Positions 40,575 through 53,953 of a stretch of DNA of 64,000 nt are shown in pieces (position 1 is the first letter of the stretch; every line of letters begins with the position of its first letter). Origin of the DNA: Mobula hypostoma (taxonomy: Eukaryota). Location: NCBI RefSeq assembly GCF_963921235.1, contig NC_086097.1, forward strand, positions 94,366,001 through 94,430,000, read 5' to 3'. The notes beneath the pieces are model-generated. The model ran no database searches. It was not told the DNA's origin and worked only from the letters and a program-made list of their open reading frames with translations. Made by a program: the position numbers and the translations under genes.

Positions 40575-42135
40575 AAAGGAGGAAAACAGATGGAACAAAC
40601 ACAAGAGAGGAATAAATAGTCGATGTTTTGGGCCAATATCCTTCATCAAGGCAGGAAAGGAGGGGAAAAGAAGCCAGAATAGGTAGGTGGGGGAGGGGAA
40701 GGAGTACAAACTGGGAGGTGATAGGTGGAACCAGGAGAGGGGATGATGGGTAGGCGGGGGAGGGGAAGGCATACAAACTGGGAGGTGATAGGTGGAACCA
40801 GGAGAGGGGATGATGGGTAGGCGGGGGAGGGGAAGGCGTACAAACTGGGAGGTGATAGGTGGAACCAGGAGAGGGGATGATGGGTAGGCAGGGGAGGGGA
40901 AGGCGTACAAACTGGGAGGTGATAGGTGGAACCAGGAGAGGGGATGATGGGTAGGCAGGGGAGGGGAAGGCGTACAAACTGGGAGGTGATAGGTGGAACC
41001 AGGAGAGGGGATGATGGGTAGGCAGGGGAGGGGAAGGCGTACAAACTGGGAGGTGACAGGTGGAACCAGGAGAGGGGATGATGGGTAGGCAGGGGAGGGG
41101 AAGGCGTACAAACTGGGAGGTGATAGGTGGAACCAGGAGAGGGGATGATGGGTAGGCAGGGGAGGGGAAGGCGTACAAACTGGGAGGTGATAGGTGGAAC
41201 CAGGAGAGGGGATGATGGGTAGGTAGGGGCGGGGGAGGGGAATAAAGTGAGAAGCTGGGATGTTAAAGTCTGAAGAAGGAGGAATCTGATAGGAGAGCAG
41301 AGTGGATCATGGGAGAATGGGAAGGAAGGAACCAGAGGGAGGTGAGAGACAGGTATGGAGAAGGAGTAAGAGGAGAGGCAGAATGGGGAATGGAAAAAGA
41401 GAGAAGGGGAGAATTTAGAAATTGCCAGAAGTTAGAGAAATCAATACTTGTCCCGCCAGATTGGAGGCTACTCAGACGGAATGTGAGGTGTTGTTCCCCC
41501 AGCCTGAGAGAGGCCTCATCGTGGGCAGTAGAGGCCATAGACCAACATATCATAATGGGAATGCAAAGCAGAATTAACATTTTTCAGGTGGCCACCGGGA
41601 AAGCCCGGCTTTTTATGACGGATGGAATGTAAATGCTCGATGAAGTGGTCCCCTAATCTACATCTGGTGTCACCAATGTCAAGGAGGCTGCACCAAGAGC
41701 TCCAGAGACAGCTGATTACCCCAAGAGATTCACAGGTGAAGTGTCGCTTCCCCTGAAAGGACCGTTCGGAAAGCCTCATTCTGGGAACAGATGTGGCAGA
41801 GACGGAAAAACTGAGAGAAAGGAATAGTATTTTTACAAGTGACAGGGTGGGAACAGATATAGTCAAAGTAGCCATGAGAGTCAGTAGGTTTATAAAAGGT
41901 ATCAGTGGATAGACTGTCTCCAGAGATGGAGACAGAGATCGAGAAAAGGGAGAGAGGTTTCCGAGATGAACTAGGTAAATCTGAGGGCAGGATGGAAGTT
42001 GCGGGTAACTTTGATGAAGTCGACGATCTCAACACGTGTGCAGGTAGCAGCACCAATGCAGTCGTTGATGCAGCGCAGAAGGGGTTGGGATGCACTTCCA
42101 TTGCAGACTTGGAACATGGACTGTTCCACATAGTC
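40575..42135 (-). mobile_element. Degenerate Penelope-like element (RT C-terminal region, GIY-YIG endonuclease remnant, 3' UTR)
   Basis: FYKPTDSHGYFDY..SHPVTCKNTIPFSQFFRL (PLE RT C-terminus), then HFTCESLGVISC..DIGDTRCRLGDHFIEH (GIY-YIG remnant). Decayed hammerhead-like motif near 40617-40654. Confidence 0.85.
40681..41223. repeat. 67-bp minisatellite, 8 copies, inside the Penelope-like 3' UTR
   Basis: Unit GGGAGGGGAAGGCGTACAAACTGGGAGGTGATAGGTGGAACCAGGAGAGGGGATGATGGGTAGGCAG. ORF-track starts are offset by 67 bp. Confidence 0.95.
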
Positions 42136-44099
42136 AACAAAATGCAGTGTTTCTCCAGCAGCGTGCGTGCGTTCCTCCAGATTTCCAGCGTCTGCAGGCT
42201 CTTGTGTTTACAAAACAGTGGTGGGTGGGAGGGGAGTGTGAAGATGGGAGCCAGCTGCTGGAGGGAACAAACAGTGCTCGATTGGGAATCCTTGGAGAGA
42301 GGTGAACGGCAGCTGAAACCAGACTGTGTGAAGTGAGGGGATGGAACCAGGAGGGGAGGGAGACAAAGGTGGATGAAGGCTAGGGGTTCTGGTGCCAGCC
42401 CAGCCATTGTTGCAAGCTCCCTGATGTGCAATTCCTACTTCTCCAAGGCCCTCTCCCAGGTCTCTTTCATCCTTTTGCCCATGGAGCTGGTCAGAACAAG
42501 GATGAGGATAGCGTACACAGGAGTAGGAATACACCAACCAATCAGTCCCACAAGCCTGCTCTGCCATTTAACAAAGTCAAGGCTGACCTGGGAGACATCT
42601 ACAGTAGGTAACTCTGCCAGAGGGTGAAGTGCAACGAAAAGTGCCCCACCAAGAGTGAAACAACTGACCACGCATCCAGACTTGACCCTCTGTTTCCACC
42701 TACCTCTCATCATCTTTCACCTCCTTGCTTTCCACGAATCTATCTACGTTCAAGGACCCTGCCCACACCACCCTTCAGGGAAGAGAGCTCCAAAGACAAA
42801 CGCCAGCCTGTCCTCTCTACTTTATGCGGGCAATGCCTTCTTATGAAAGGGCGAGCCACAGCTCTGGGCTCTCCCACAGCAGGAAGCGTCTCCCTGTCAA
42901 CAGCTACTGTGATCCTCCAGGAGGGGGAGCCACATTACTGGAAGATAAACCTTCCCCCCTTTCCTGCTGCTCCTGGCCACATGAAGTTAAACCAATCGGC
43001 TTGTCTGGACTTTGACTGCCTCCTGTCTCGGGGCGGGCTCTCTCCAGTGGAGCACAGCCACTTCCTTCCTGATCAACCCCGAATTAAGCATTGGTGATGC
43101 CATCGGACCCCACCCTGCAGGGACCCAAAAGTCCGACACTCTGAAAACCCAAGTGAAAATCAAGGGAGCTGGAGGCTTACAGATGGGTTAAGTCAGTTGG
43201 AGGACTGAAATACCCATTCCTTTAGTACTTTCCAAGGTAATGGAGTCAGCCCTCTCCATCCTGATTGTGGTCACTGATGATGGCAGCTACAGGGGATTGA
43301 AAACTTCTTGGATTTCAAAAGCAGCTCCCTCCTTCCCTCCTTTGGTGGAGAGTGTAAGACGCCACAAAGCCATCAATTCCAGCTGAAAATAGTCAGGAGA
43401 CAGAAATAGCACCTAATCACAAAGCAGACAGCAGAACTCTTGATCTTTTCACTGTTGTCGTTTTGCTTCCTTCAAAAATTATTGACCCAGTTCCAGCTCC
43501 GGTCTCCATCAGCCTGTTTATTTAGTGCTTTGAAGCTGAGCTGATGCAGATTTGCCAGTGAACACAGCCTGCATACTTCAGGTTAATCGGGGATGTGGAG
43601 GGTGGAGCTTTCTGTCTGATTTGCAATGTGGGCTGCAGTGCTCGAGTGGAGACAGTCAGACCCGACAACCTGAGACTCCCATTCCCCTGGGAAAGCTGTT
43701 CCATTTGCACATCTCACAGTAGGGTACAGCGTGATACAGGATCTCTAGTCCACGATGTCCATGCCAGTCACGAGAGCAAGTTTAAATAATCCTGTCTGCC
43801 TTCCTGCAAGTGATCCACATTTCTCCATCCTCCACCTGTCCAAGTGTTCCTATTGCATTTGCTTCCGCAGCCTCCCCAAGGCTGTAGGTTCCAGGCTCTA
43901 CAACATCCCAAGTTAGAAATCTGGCCTTGCTTGACTTCTTTAAGCTTCCTCCTTCTTACCTTTAACCTATGACCTTTAGAATTTGATGTTTCCACTCTGG
44001 GGGAGAAAGACCATCTAGTCTGTCCATGCCTCTCATAAAAATACACATTTCAAACAGGTTACCCCCTCACCACAGAAAGCAAAGCAAGTTTCTCCAATC

Positions 44100-44528
44100 C
44101 AAGCAACACACACAAAATGCTGGAGGAACTCAGCAGGCCAGGCAGTATCGATTGAAAAGAGTACAGTCGATGTTTCAGGCCGAGACGCTTCAGCAGGACT
44201 GGAAGTCAGAGTAAGAAGGTGGGGGGAGGGGAGGAAGAAGTACAAGGTGGCAGGTGATAGATGGAACAGAGAGAGGGGGCGGGTGAGCGGGGGAAGTAAA
44301 GAGCTGGGAAGTTGGTTGGTGAAAGAGATACAGGGCTGGAGAAGGGGGAACCTGATGGGAGAGGATGGAAGACCATGGAAGAAAGGGAAGGAGATGCACC
44401 AGAGGGAGGTGAAGGGCAGGTAAGGAGACAAGGTGAGAGAGGGAAAACTAAATGGGGGAATGGTGAAGGAGAGGGGGAGGGGCATTACCAGAAGTTTGAA
44501 AAATCGATATTCATGCCATCAGGTTGGA
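44100..44528 (-). mobile_element. Penelope-like 3' fragment
   Basis: Encodes the endonuclease tail QPDGMNIDFSNF plus 3' UTR with a decayed hammerhead motif (44164-44201). Possible TSD TTCTC(C/T)AATC. Confidence 0.75.
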
Positions 44529-45210
44529 GACCATCTCTGCGGTTCTCTAATCAATGGTCTATTTACCCAAACCACTGGCCCTGGTCAGACAACTGGAGGC
44601 TCTTCACGCTGCACCACACAGCCCATTCAAAAGAGGACCCCAACTCTGATCAGGCACATTCCTCAAGACCCAATCTCATCTCACAACATCTCATCTTCAG
44701 CTGCCCCTGTATCCAGCTGCAGAACAGATGATAAGCAATTTTTCAGAGAAAAACAAAGAAAAAATGTGTTTGAATTGATCTTTCCCCTGGGTTTGTTTGA
44801 CCGGCAGTGTGTGGGAGGTTAATCTATAGTTGCTCAAGACCTCCGGTGTTGTATCTAATGCAAGCTCTCATATACATGCTCTGGCTCTGCTTACAACATA
44901 CTGACACACACAGGACGTTCGTGCACCCGGACAGAGGCTCACATTCATGAACTGGGTGAGAGAAGCAGTATGTTACAAAAGACTCTTCACCATGTCTATA
45001 TAGTGTACAGAGGAGAGCATTCTGACCGACTACACCACAGCCTGGTACAAAGGCCCACAGCACAGGATCACAAGAGGCTGCCAAGGGTTGTAGACTCAGG
45101 TTCCTGAGCCCTAGAACACTTCCTTCTGAATGACGTTGTTTACTCTATTTTTGCTGTATGTTTCACTGTATGTGACAAATAACCGTCTTTACCTGAACAA
45201 ACACACTTAC

Positions 45211-45289
45211 GTCTCTTAGAGGGGTTAGCTCCCAAGGTCACATCCGACATCCTCATGCCCGACTTTGCCAAGGCGTAGATCCGACCCTC
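45211..45289 (-). CDS. PLEKHH1: PLEKHH1 coding exon (EGRIYALAKSGMRMSDVTLGANPSKR)
   Basis: ccttttcag| acceptor, C|gtaagt donor, 79 nt, phase 0 to 1. Continues FPSW into ExRIYAxAxSGMR. Confidence 0.93.
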
Positions 45290-46811
45290 CTGAAAAGGCA
45301 AGGGGATATGTTCATCGGAGGGCAACACTAATCCTGCGTCTGAAGTTAAAAAACTCATCCTGAATGAGTGCAGTGTGAGTGAAGGGTGTCACCGTACAGC
45401 CATCATGGTCCTTAACTACAATGAGCCAGCTGTGCGTCAGTGGGTTGCAACCTCTGCCCAAGGCCCAACTGGACGCAGCAGAGGATGCAGACGCCGGAAT
45501 CTGGAGCACGGAAACAACTGCTGGAGGAACTCCATGGGTCCAGCAGAATTTGTTGGGGGTGGGGGAGAGGGGGGAAGAAAATTGTCAGTGCCCTGATGAA
45601 AGTTGACCCAAAAAGTTGTCGACTTCTACCTCTAGCCCAGCCTTCCCAACCCCCAATCAGGTGCTGCTTGACCCACCGACTTCCTCATGCACCAAGACAG
45701 ATTATTTGGTGCTCACAATGGCTAAATGATGGCAAATGTTAGAACAAGTATGCTTCCTACAAGTTTTCTCTATTACACCGCAAAAACTAAATCTGTCAAG
45801 GGTTTGAAGTTTTCCAGAAGGTCTGAGGCTTTGAAAGATTCTGAAGGAATGTATTTCTATAGGCAGACCATTCTGACTAAGACGCACAGAATTGGGAATG
45901 GGCTACCAATTAATTATCCATCCGTGTCTGGTATGGGTGAGTATCCTTCCATTTTCACCTCTGCAATCCATTCCCCCCCTTATCCATCAGCTATAGATTC
46001 CTGGTCACGGTCTCAGGATAAGGAACAAAGCATTTGGGGCTGAGATGAGGCTCTCCTTCACTCAGAGAGTGGAGAACCTGTGGCATCCTCCAGCACAGTC
46101 GGCAGTGGAAGCCGATTTGGTGAATTTAATTACAGGGGTCGATAGATTTCTGGAGACAAAGGCACATGAGGATATGGTATTGAGACACAGGATCAGCTGT
46201 GATCACACTGAGTGACAGAACAGGCCAGGAGGGTCAAATGGCCTGCGCCTGCTCCCTTTACTGGTGATAACCACATTTCAAGTTTAAGTTCTCAATTGGA
46301 ACACCTTGCAGTGGTATTAATTACTCCACATAGTGGAAAAACTTCATTGCTCTATAATCAATAAAAATTCACTTCTCCCCAGCTCGCTGTTAAATCTTCT
46401 ACTAAATTATAAATCAAATATAATCAAATTCTCATCGTAAAGCCAGTTAGTGCGACGTTATTACAGCTGGCGGGGGGGTGGTGTTGGAGTTCATAGTTCA
46501 ATTCCAGCATCCTCCCAATGGAATGCGTGGGTTTTCTCCAGGTGCTCTAGTTCCCTCCCACAGTCCAAAGATGTGCCGGCTGATTGGTCAGTCTAACTTG
46601 TCCCGCGATGAGGCTGGGGTTAAATCTCGGGTTGCTGGGCAGCGCAGCTTGAAGAGCCAGAAGGGCCTAGTCCACACTTTCTCAAAATAAATAAACTCAT
46701 AGTCAAACAGAACTCGGACAACGGAGTATCTGTCGACCAGCAAACGCCCATTTCGTCTCATCCTCTTCTATTCTCTCCACGTCTTCTGCAACACCACACC
46801 CCGCCCCCACA

Positions 46812-46853
<42 letters not shown>

Positions 46854-47974
46854 GATTGACATGGCCAATTAACCCGGCAACCCACACACCTTTCTGACGC
46901 GAGGGGAAATCCAAACTGCACGCAAACGGCACCCGTCAGGACTGAACCTGGATCATTGGAGCCGTTAGGCAGCAGCTCCACCAACTCTGCAGATAGAGGG
47001 CAGCAAAATATTTCCCAACCCCATTCTCCTGCTTAATCCTGGTAATTCTTAACCCCCTTACCAATCAAAAGCCTGTCCATTTCTGTCTTAAATTCTCCCA
47101 ATTATTTGGCCCTCTATGGCATTCTTCAGTAATGATTTCCACAGATTCACCACCTCATCCCAGTTGGAAGGCTGAGCCCTGAGCTCCAAGATTCTGTTAC
47201 TCATGGGAACATCCTCTCCAAGTCCACTCCATCCAGGCCTTTCAGCATCCGGTTGGTATCAATGAGATCCTCACCCCCACCCTTATGATTTACATCGAGT
47301 ACGGGCCCAGTGACATCATATGCTCCTCATAAGTAAGCCTGGGATCATTCTTGTGAAATTTTCTATACACAAAGCCCTTGTATGTGGGAAGAAGACATTC
47401 TGTGCACTGAACTATCCTTGGAGATAGGATTATGTACACAAACAAAGCATTCTAGAAATGTACATGGAGACAGCCTCTGTAACTGCAGAGAACAGAGATT
47501 ATAGTTACTGGGATTGGCCACTGTACTTTACTACAGAAGGGTGTCCAGCCTACACAAACGGACGCAGGGGAGACCATTCCCCAACCCCACAGATGGGAGG
47601 ATGGCCACCATATGTAGAAAGAAAAGAATTCTACAGGAAAGACGTCCACAGAATAATTCTGATGCAGGCTTTTGACCCGAAACGCTGCAACGACTTCTCC
47701 CAACCCCTACAGATGCTGCTTGACTCCCCAAGTTCCCCCAAGGATTGTTGTTCCAGATTTCAGTGCCAGCAGTCTCGTGTCTCCACAGAGGTCCTCGGAC
47801 ACACAGACTCACCCTTCACCAAACCCAATGTGTTTACAGAGATAGGTCTTTGTAACTATGGAGACTGGCCACTCTACAAGGCAGTCCAAACATGGACCTT
47901 GTTACATTCCCCCACCTTTACCTGCTCAGCTCTTCCTGTAATTTTTCTTTTTTCTCCCAGATTCCAGGTTCCTT

Positions 47975-48570
47975 GAGGTTGTTATAGGCGGGGGCGGGGG
48001 TGGGGTGAGGTAATAGGGGCAAGCTCCCACTACCTATCCAATACTCCCAATGGCGAGCACCTCAAACAGCCTCTGACCACCAAGTCCAGCTCCTGGCCTT
48101 CACGCGTGGCTTAGCACTGAGCCTGGCGGAACCATTTCTACTGACAGGAGAAAGGGGCAAAGGTGGGTTACTGGTGCCTTAAAACCAGTCACTTTGGGCA
48201 GATGGGGCACATCAGCCATAGATGGCAGCTCATCTAGGAGAAGGAAAACTCTGATTTCAAACCTCCGCTGCCTTGGGGCTGTACCCACTCATGGGGAAGG
48301 CTTCGGCAGTAAACCCCAAGGAAAAAATCCAGAGCTGGACTTCCCAAGGCAGTCCCATGTTGAGCTCAGCACTGATTGACCACTCCTGCAACGCTGCTGC
48401 TACCAAACTGTATCGGTCTCTGCCGTTCCTTTGGGTTCATCAGGTGTGTGGGGAGGGGGAGCTTGCTACATGAGCAACAGCTTGCTCTCCATATCATACT
48501 GCCCTGGCCTGTGTATCTAGACAGCTAGGCCACATTATCCATGGTCGACCCTGACCGACAGAGGCCTCAC
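47975..48570 (+). mobile_element. Interspersed repeat, probably derived from an RTE-clade LINE or SINE
   Basis: Resembles a recurrent fish repeat by recall only; no coding motif seen. Confidence 0.35.
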
Positions 48571-50006
48571 TCAGGGTCCAGCACCTGCAGTGTGTCTTGT
48601 CCCAGGCTCTTTTACACAGTGACAAGCTGTTCTACAGAGAGAGGGAAGCCACTTGTGATCCTGGGAGAATTATCCTATAGACAAACCATTCTCCACTCTT
48701 CCCATGCCATTCCAAGCAAGACAAAGCACTGGACACACCCAGCCTGTCTGCAGACAGGGAGGTTACCCTGCAGAGAGGAGCAGATCATATCAAATTTAAC
48801 ACTCAATACTACTTTGCAAGAGAGATTACGTTTTGAACACAGACAGTTCATGGTGTATGTGCGAGCTGTTTTGTTGTTGATGCTGTCTGTGGTGTAGTCA
48901 CCCGAGTACAAGCGGGGCCTGTCGGGACTCGCCTGTGCTGCTGTCAGTCGGAAGCTCAGATCATCCACACAATAAGCAGCTTTGACAGGAATTAAATAGA
49001 AAGCCGAGACATGCCATTCCAGTAATTGTCCTTTTCCTGCCTTTTGGGAAGGAATGGCTTACACTTGTGGATTCTGACAGACGAGGACAAGGAGCTGTGT
49101 CGTCGCCTCCTGTGTGTGAGCATAGCGGGGGTGGGCTGTGGAGAAAGCTGTGGTGGGCGTGGATGAGAGGGGGAGGGGCGTGGATGGGGGAGAGATGTGG
49201 ATGGGGGGACGTGGATGACGGGGGCGCGGATGGGGGGGCACGGATGGGGTGCGCGGAGAGAGGGAGCAAGAGTTGGGAATCATGTCCCACTCAGCACTTG
49301 CCCAATTCCTCTGCCTATCACCAGGGCTGTGTTTTCTCACTGCCCACCATCTCATCTTGAGACCCAGTGAACTTTCCTGGTTAACTGAACACCTTTTAAA
49401 ACAGTGAATTGACAGTGCGTTGGACTAATAAAAAAGTACACCCAGTAACTCTGCAGGCTGGTCAGCACCAAACTCCACAGCGTGGATTAGCGGAAGTGTC
49501 CCGTACTCTGGGTTCACAGGGGCCCAGTACCCTGCCACATTAGAAACTGATGGGGGAGAGGCAATGTCATTGTAAATGGGGTGGGGCCTTGTCACCTTGA
49601 GAGGGCAATTGAAAGATCTCCCTTACGTTGCTCGGCAATGTCAGAATAGAAAGTTATACGGCCGGAGGGTAATACTAAGCCCCCGCGGATGTGGTTAGTG
49701 CCATGGTCTCACAGCTCCACCTGCCCGGGTACAAACCTGACCCGAGAGTTATTTGTGTGGGGTGCGCACGTTCTCAATGTGACATGTGAGGGATTCCACA
49801 CACCCCTGCCCCAGGATTTCAGATTTCCCTGAAGTCCCCAAGTTGTGCAGGTTGGCAGATTAACCGGCCACTGAAAATAGCCAGTAGCGTGGGTGAGTGG
49901 TCGAACTGGGAGGAGCTGATGGTCACGTGAGAGGGATGGGGTGACAGAAGAATGTTTTGGAATGGGACTGATGGGATTATTCCATCATTCCATCACGATG
50001 GGATTA

Positions 50007-50326
50007 ATATAGATAGAGTGGATAGCTAGCCCCTCTTCCCCAGGGCACCACTGCTCAATACAAGAGGACATGGCTTTAAGGTAAGGAGTGGGAAGTTCAA
50101 GGGGGATATTAGAGGAAGGTTTTTTACTCAGAGACTGGTTGGTGCGTAGAATGCACTGCCTGAGTCAGTGGTGGAGGCAGATACACTAGTGAAGTTTAAG
50201 AGACTACTAGACAGGTATATGGAGGAATTTAAGGTGGGGGGTTATATGGGAGGCAGGGTTTAAGGGTCAGCACAACATTGTGGGCCAAAGGGCCTGTACT
50301 GTGCTGTACTACTCTATGTTCTATGA
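50007..50326 (+). mobile_element. CR1 LINE 3' end
   Basis: TRGHGFKVRSGKFKGDIRGRFFTQR-like coding end with a CTATGTTCTATG tail. Confidence 0.8.
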
Positions 50327-50536
50327 TTCTTGAGGGCCAGCATAGACAATGGGTTGAATGGCCTTTGTATTTAGGACACTCCTGCCATCTTTTACTGGAA
50401 GACCGTTGCAGTGGAGAATGGTAAAGACACTTTATCCAGGTGGGTGGGGCTGACAGAGTTCCAATGTCTTTGTAGGGTTGTGGGGGGGTGCAGGTTAGAA
50501 TCTACCTTGGGCAAAGGTCCGGGGAAGTAATCTTAC

Positions 50537-51465
50537 CCATGAGGGAAAGCGATGCAGTGGTGGGGGTGGGGGCCTGCTGGTAGTAGAGACACGCCTGGAG
50601 CAGTCTGAGCCTGGGGCCTCCAGCGGAAAGCGGGACGAGTCGTGGATGGCAGCGGGGGCCCACTCGTCTGTCTCCATCTGCTCGGAAACGTCGTCGATGT
50701 CCGTCTCCTGCAGCTGCACAGGTGGTGGTGGGACGGCCGCCGGCTTGAAGGGGGGGATGTCAATGGAGACGATGTGGTTGGGCCTCTCGGCGCCGGCCTG
50801 CGGTTGGCTGCAGTGTTTCTTCGCCAGCTGGATGCTGTCCCTGGGTACCAGCGGGGTCCTGACCTTGGGCAGAGTCATACTGGTTCCTGCGCTGCCTTCG
50901 CGGGTAGCCAGGCTCAGCGGGGCAGGTGCAGCAGCCTTGGGTCTGGGCGAGGGCAGCAAGGAGAGCAGGGGTGGCGGCCTGGCGGGGAGATGGAGGTCCG
51001 GTCCGTTGGTCTCGCTCGAGGAGTCCAGTCTTTGCCGGCGGAACACGGTGTGCTCCTCGCAGGAGGCCTCCTTCTGCACGGCGGGCGGTGGGGCCGACCC
51101 GCTTTGGGCATCCGGGGCCGCTCTCAGAACTTCCTTGGCCACCCTCTGCGGCCTGGCGTGCTCAAGCCTCACTCCCCCGCTCTCCGGGTTGCCCGCCGAC
51201 TGCTGCGACTCGCCCCCGTGATCCCAGACGTCCGGGCCGGATGCTGCTGGGGTCAGACTGCAGACGCATCGACCGGCTTCCCCGGCTGGACTCCCTTCCG
51301 CTGCCGGCTCGCTTCCCTCCTGACACAGCTCCTTCTTGTCCTCAGGGGGCGGCCTCGCGGCTTGGTCAGGCTTCCCTGGCGGAGTGGGGGCCTGAGGAGC
51401 TGGGGGCGCAGGAGGAGAACCAGAGACCTCTGTCACGCCAGTCACCGGCCTTTTGCCTTGTAGAT
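50537..51465 (-). CDS. PLEKHH1: PLEKHH1 large GC/CpG-rich coding exon ((D)LQGKRPVTGVTEV...PRDSIQLAKKHCSQPQ...PPLHRFPSW)
   Basis: ttgaacag| acceptor, TGG|gtaaga donor, 929 nt open, phase 1 to 0. Conserved LPKVRTPLVPRDSIQLAKKH and PPLHRFPSW. Confidence 0.94.
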
Positions 51466-52630
51466 CTGTTCAACAGAAAAACAATCCTGTTACTGACAAC
51501 CACGACAGCCAGAGGTGCCACCTCTCTGTGATGGGGGTTGGTTGCTGGCAGGTTACGGAGTTATACAGCACAGAAACAGGCCTTCGGCCCAACTCTTCCA
51601 TGTTGACCAAGGCGTCCAGCTACGCTGGTCCCATTCACCCATGTCTGGCCTACATCCTGCCAAATCTTCACCATGTACATACCTGTGCGAGTGTTTTTCA
51701 AATGTTGTTAATGTACCCGCCTCAACCACTTCCTCTGGCAGCTCATCCCATATACCGGCCATCCCCGGCATGACAAAGTTGCCCCGCAGGGTCCTGTTAA
51801 ATCCACCCCCTCTCCCCTTAAGTCAATTCCCCAATCCTGGAGGGCTGGGGCTGCACAATCACACTCCTCTCTCACCATTGGCTCGACTGCATCCAAGGAT
51901 TCCAGCAGGGTATCGGACAATAGCTTCAGCATCTACAGGCCAGGCCGCCCTGCCCTTGGGTAGAATGCCAGGGACATGGTAGGAGTGGATGGGAGGTGGG
52001 GAAGGTCAGTGTGCGGAGATAGAGGGGGGAGTTTGTGATGGCAGTGGAGCAGGGTATTACAGTGTCCTGGGAGAGCAGGGTTGGGATTCTGAAGGGGGGG
52101 CATGGCCAACCTGCATTGTGATGGGAATGGAGGTGCTGGACAACAATGGTGTTTGGGCTGTGATAGGACAAAGGACAGGAAATAGTCCCCTATTGGGCAG
52201 GAAGAGGAAGGAAGGGATGGGTGTTAAGTTTTAGCATAATTCAGAGGGCGGATAAGGATAACAGTCCAAACCCCTCTTCATCTCCCCACCCCAACTCAGA
52301 TATCCAAATTCCACCTACCCCCTTTCATGATTGGCACTGTTCTCACTCAGTCCTTGTTGGGGGAGCAGGGTACAGTGGGTGGGGAGTGGGTAGGGGGCAA
52401 CTGTTTCACTCTGCATCGCATGTGAAACTCCACCTATGGAGCTTACAAATCTGTACTTTTTGTACTAGTCAGTCCATAATATATAGGATCAGACACTGGC
52501 CATTCAGCCCATCGAGTCTGCTCCACCATTCCAGCCACAGCACTTGAAACCATCTTCATCTAAACCAAGCAACACACATCAAAGTTGCTGGTGAACGCAG
52601 CAGGCTAGGCAGCATCTCTAGGAAGAGGTG

Positions 52631-52668
52631 CAGTCGACGTTTCAGGCCGAGACCCTTCGTCAGGACTA
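52631..52668 (-). ncRNA. Minimal type I hammerhead ribozyme motif (PLE-associated)
   Basis: Minus strand reads TAGTC-CTGACGA-AGG GTCTCGG CCT-GAAA-C-GTC-GACTG: intact core, stems I and II, and a palindromic ACGT helix III. Confidence 0.75.
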
Positions 52669-53915
52669 ACTGAAGGAAGAGTGAGTAAGAGATTTGAAAG
52701 TTGGAGGGGGAGGGGGAGATCCAAAATGATAGGAGAAGACAGGAGGGGGAGGGATGGAGCCAAGAGCTGGACAGGTGATAGGCAAAAGGGATACGAGAGG
52801 ATCATGGGACAGGAGGTCCGGGAAGAAAGACAAGGGTGGGGGAACCCAGAGGATGGGCAAGGGGTATATTCAGAGGGACAGAGGGAGAAAAAGGAGAGTG
52901 AGAGAAAGAATGTGTGTATAAAAATAAATAACGGATGGGGTACGAGGGGGAGGTGGGGCATTAGCGGAAGTTAGGGAAGTCAATGTTCATGCCATCAGGT
53001 TGGAGGCTACCCAGACGGAATATAAGGTGTTGTTCCTCCAACCTGAGTGTGGCTTCATCTTTACAGTAGAGGAGGCCGTGGATAGACATGTCAGAATGGG
53101 AATGGGATGTGGAATTAAAATGTGTGCCCACTGGGAGACCCTGCTTTCTCTGGCGGACAGAGCGTAGGTGTTCAGCAAAGCGGTCTCCCAGTCTGCGTCG
53201 GGTCTCGCCAATATATAGAAGGCCACATCGGGAGCACCGGACGCAGTATATCACGCCAGCCAACTCACAGGTGAAGTGTTGCCTCACCTGGAAGGACTGT
53301 TTGGGGCCCTGAATGGTGGTAAGGGAGGAAGTGTAAGGGCATGTGTAGCAATCTGCGTCCGGTGCTCACGATGTGGCCTTCTATATATTGGCGAGACCCG
53401 ACGCAGACTGGGAGATCGTTTAGCTGTCCTCCAGAGAAAGCAGGATCTCCTAGTAGCCACACATTTTAATTCCACATCCCATTCCCATTCTGATATGTCT
53501 ATCCATGGCCTCCTCTACCGTAAAGATGAAGCCACACTCAGGTTGGAGGAACAACACCTTATATTCCGTCTGGGTAGCCTCCAACCTGATGGCATGAACA
53601 TCGACTTCTCTAACTTCCGCTAATGCCCCACCTCCCCCTCGTACCCCATCCGTTATTTATTTTTATACACACATTCTTTCTCTCACTCTCCTTTTTCTCC
53701 CTCTGTCCCTCTGAATATACCCCTTGCCCATCCTCTGGGTTCCCCCAACCTTGTCTTTCTTCCCGGACCTCCTGTCCCATGATCCTCTCGTATCCCTTTT
53801 GCCTATCACCTGTCCAGCTCTTGGCTCCATCCCTCCCCCTCCTGTCTTCTCCTATCATTTTGGATCTCCCCCTCACCCTCCAACTTTCAAATCTCTTACT
53901 CACTCTTCCTTCAGT

Positions 53916-53953
53916 TAGTCCTGACGAAGGGTCTCGGCCTGAAACGTCGACTG
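53916..53953 (+). ncRNA. Minimal type I hammerhead ribozyme motif (PLE-associated)
   Basis: TAGTCCTGACGAAGGGTCTCGGCCTGAAACGTCGACTG, identical to the left-arm copy. Confidence 0.75.

Noticed and set aside
40498..41178. Three Pro-rich repetitive ORFs
   Set aside because: Produced by the stop-free strand of the 67-bp minisatellite.
50642..51531. Long plus-strand ORFs of 191-273 aa
   Set aside because: Antisense shadows of the GC-rich PLEKHH1 exon.
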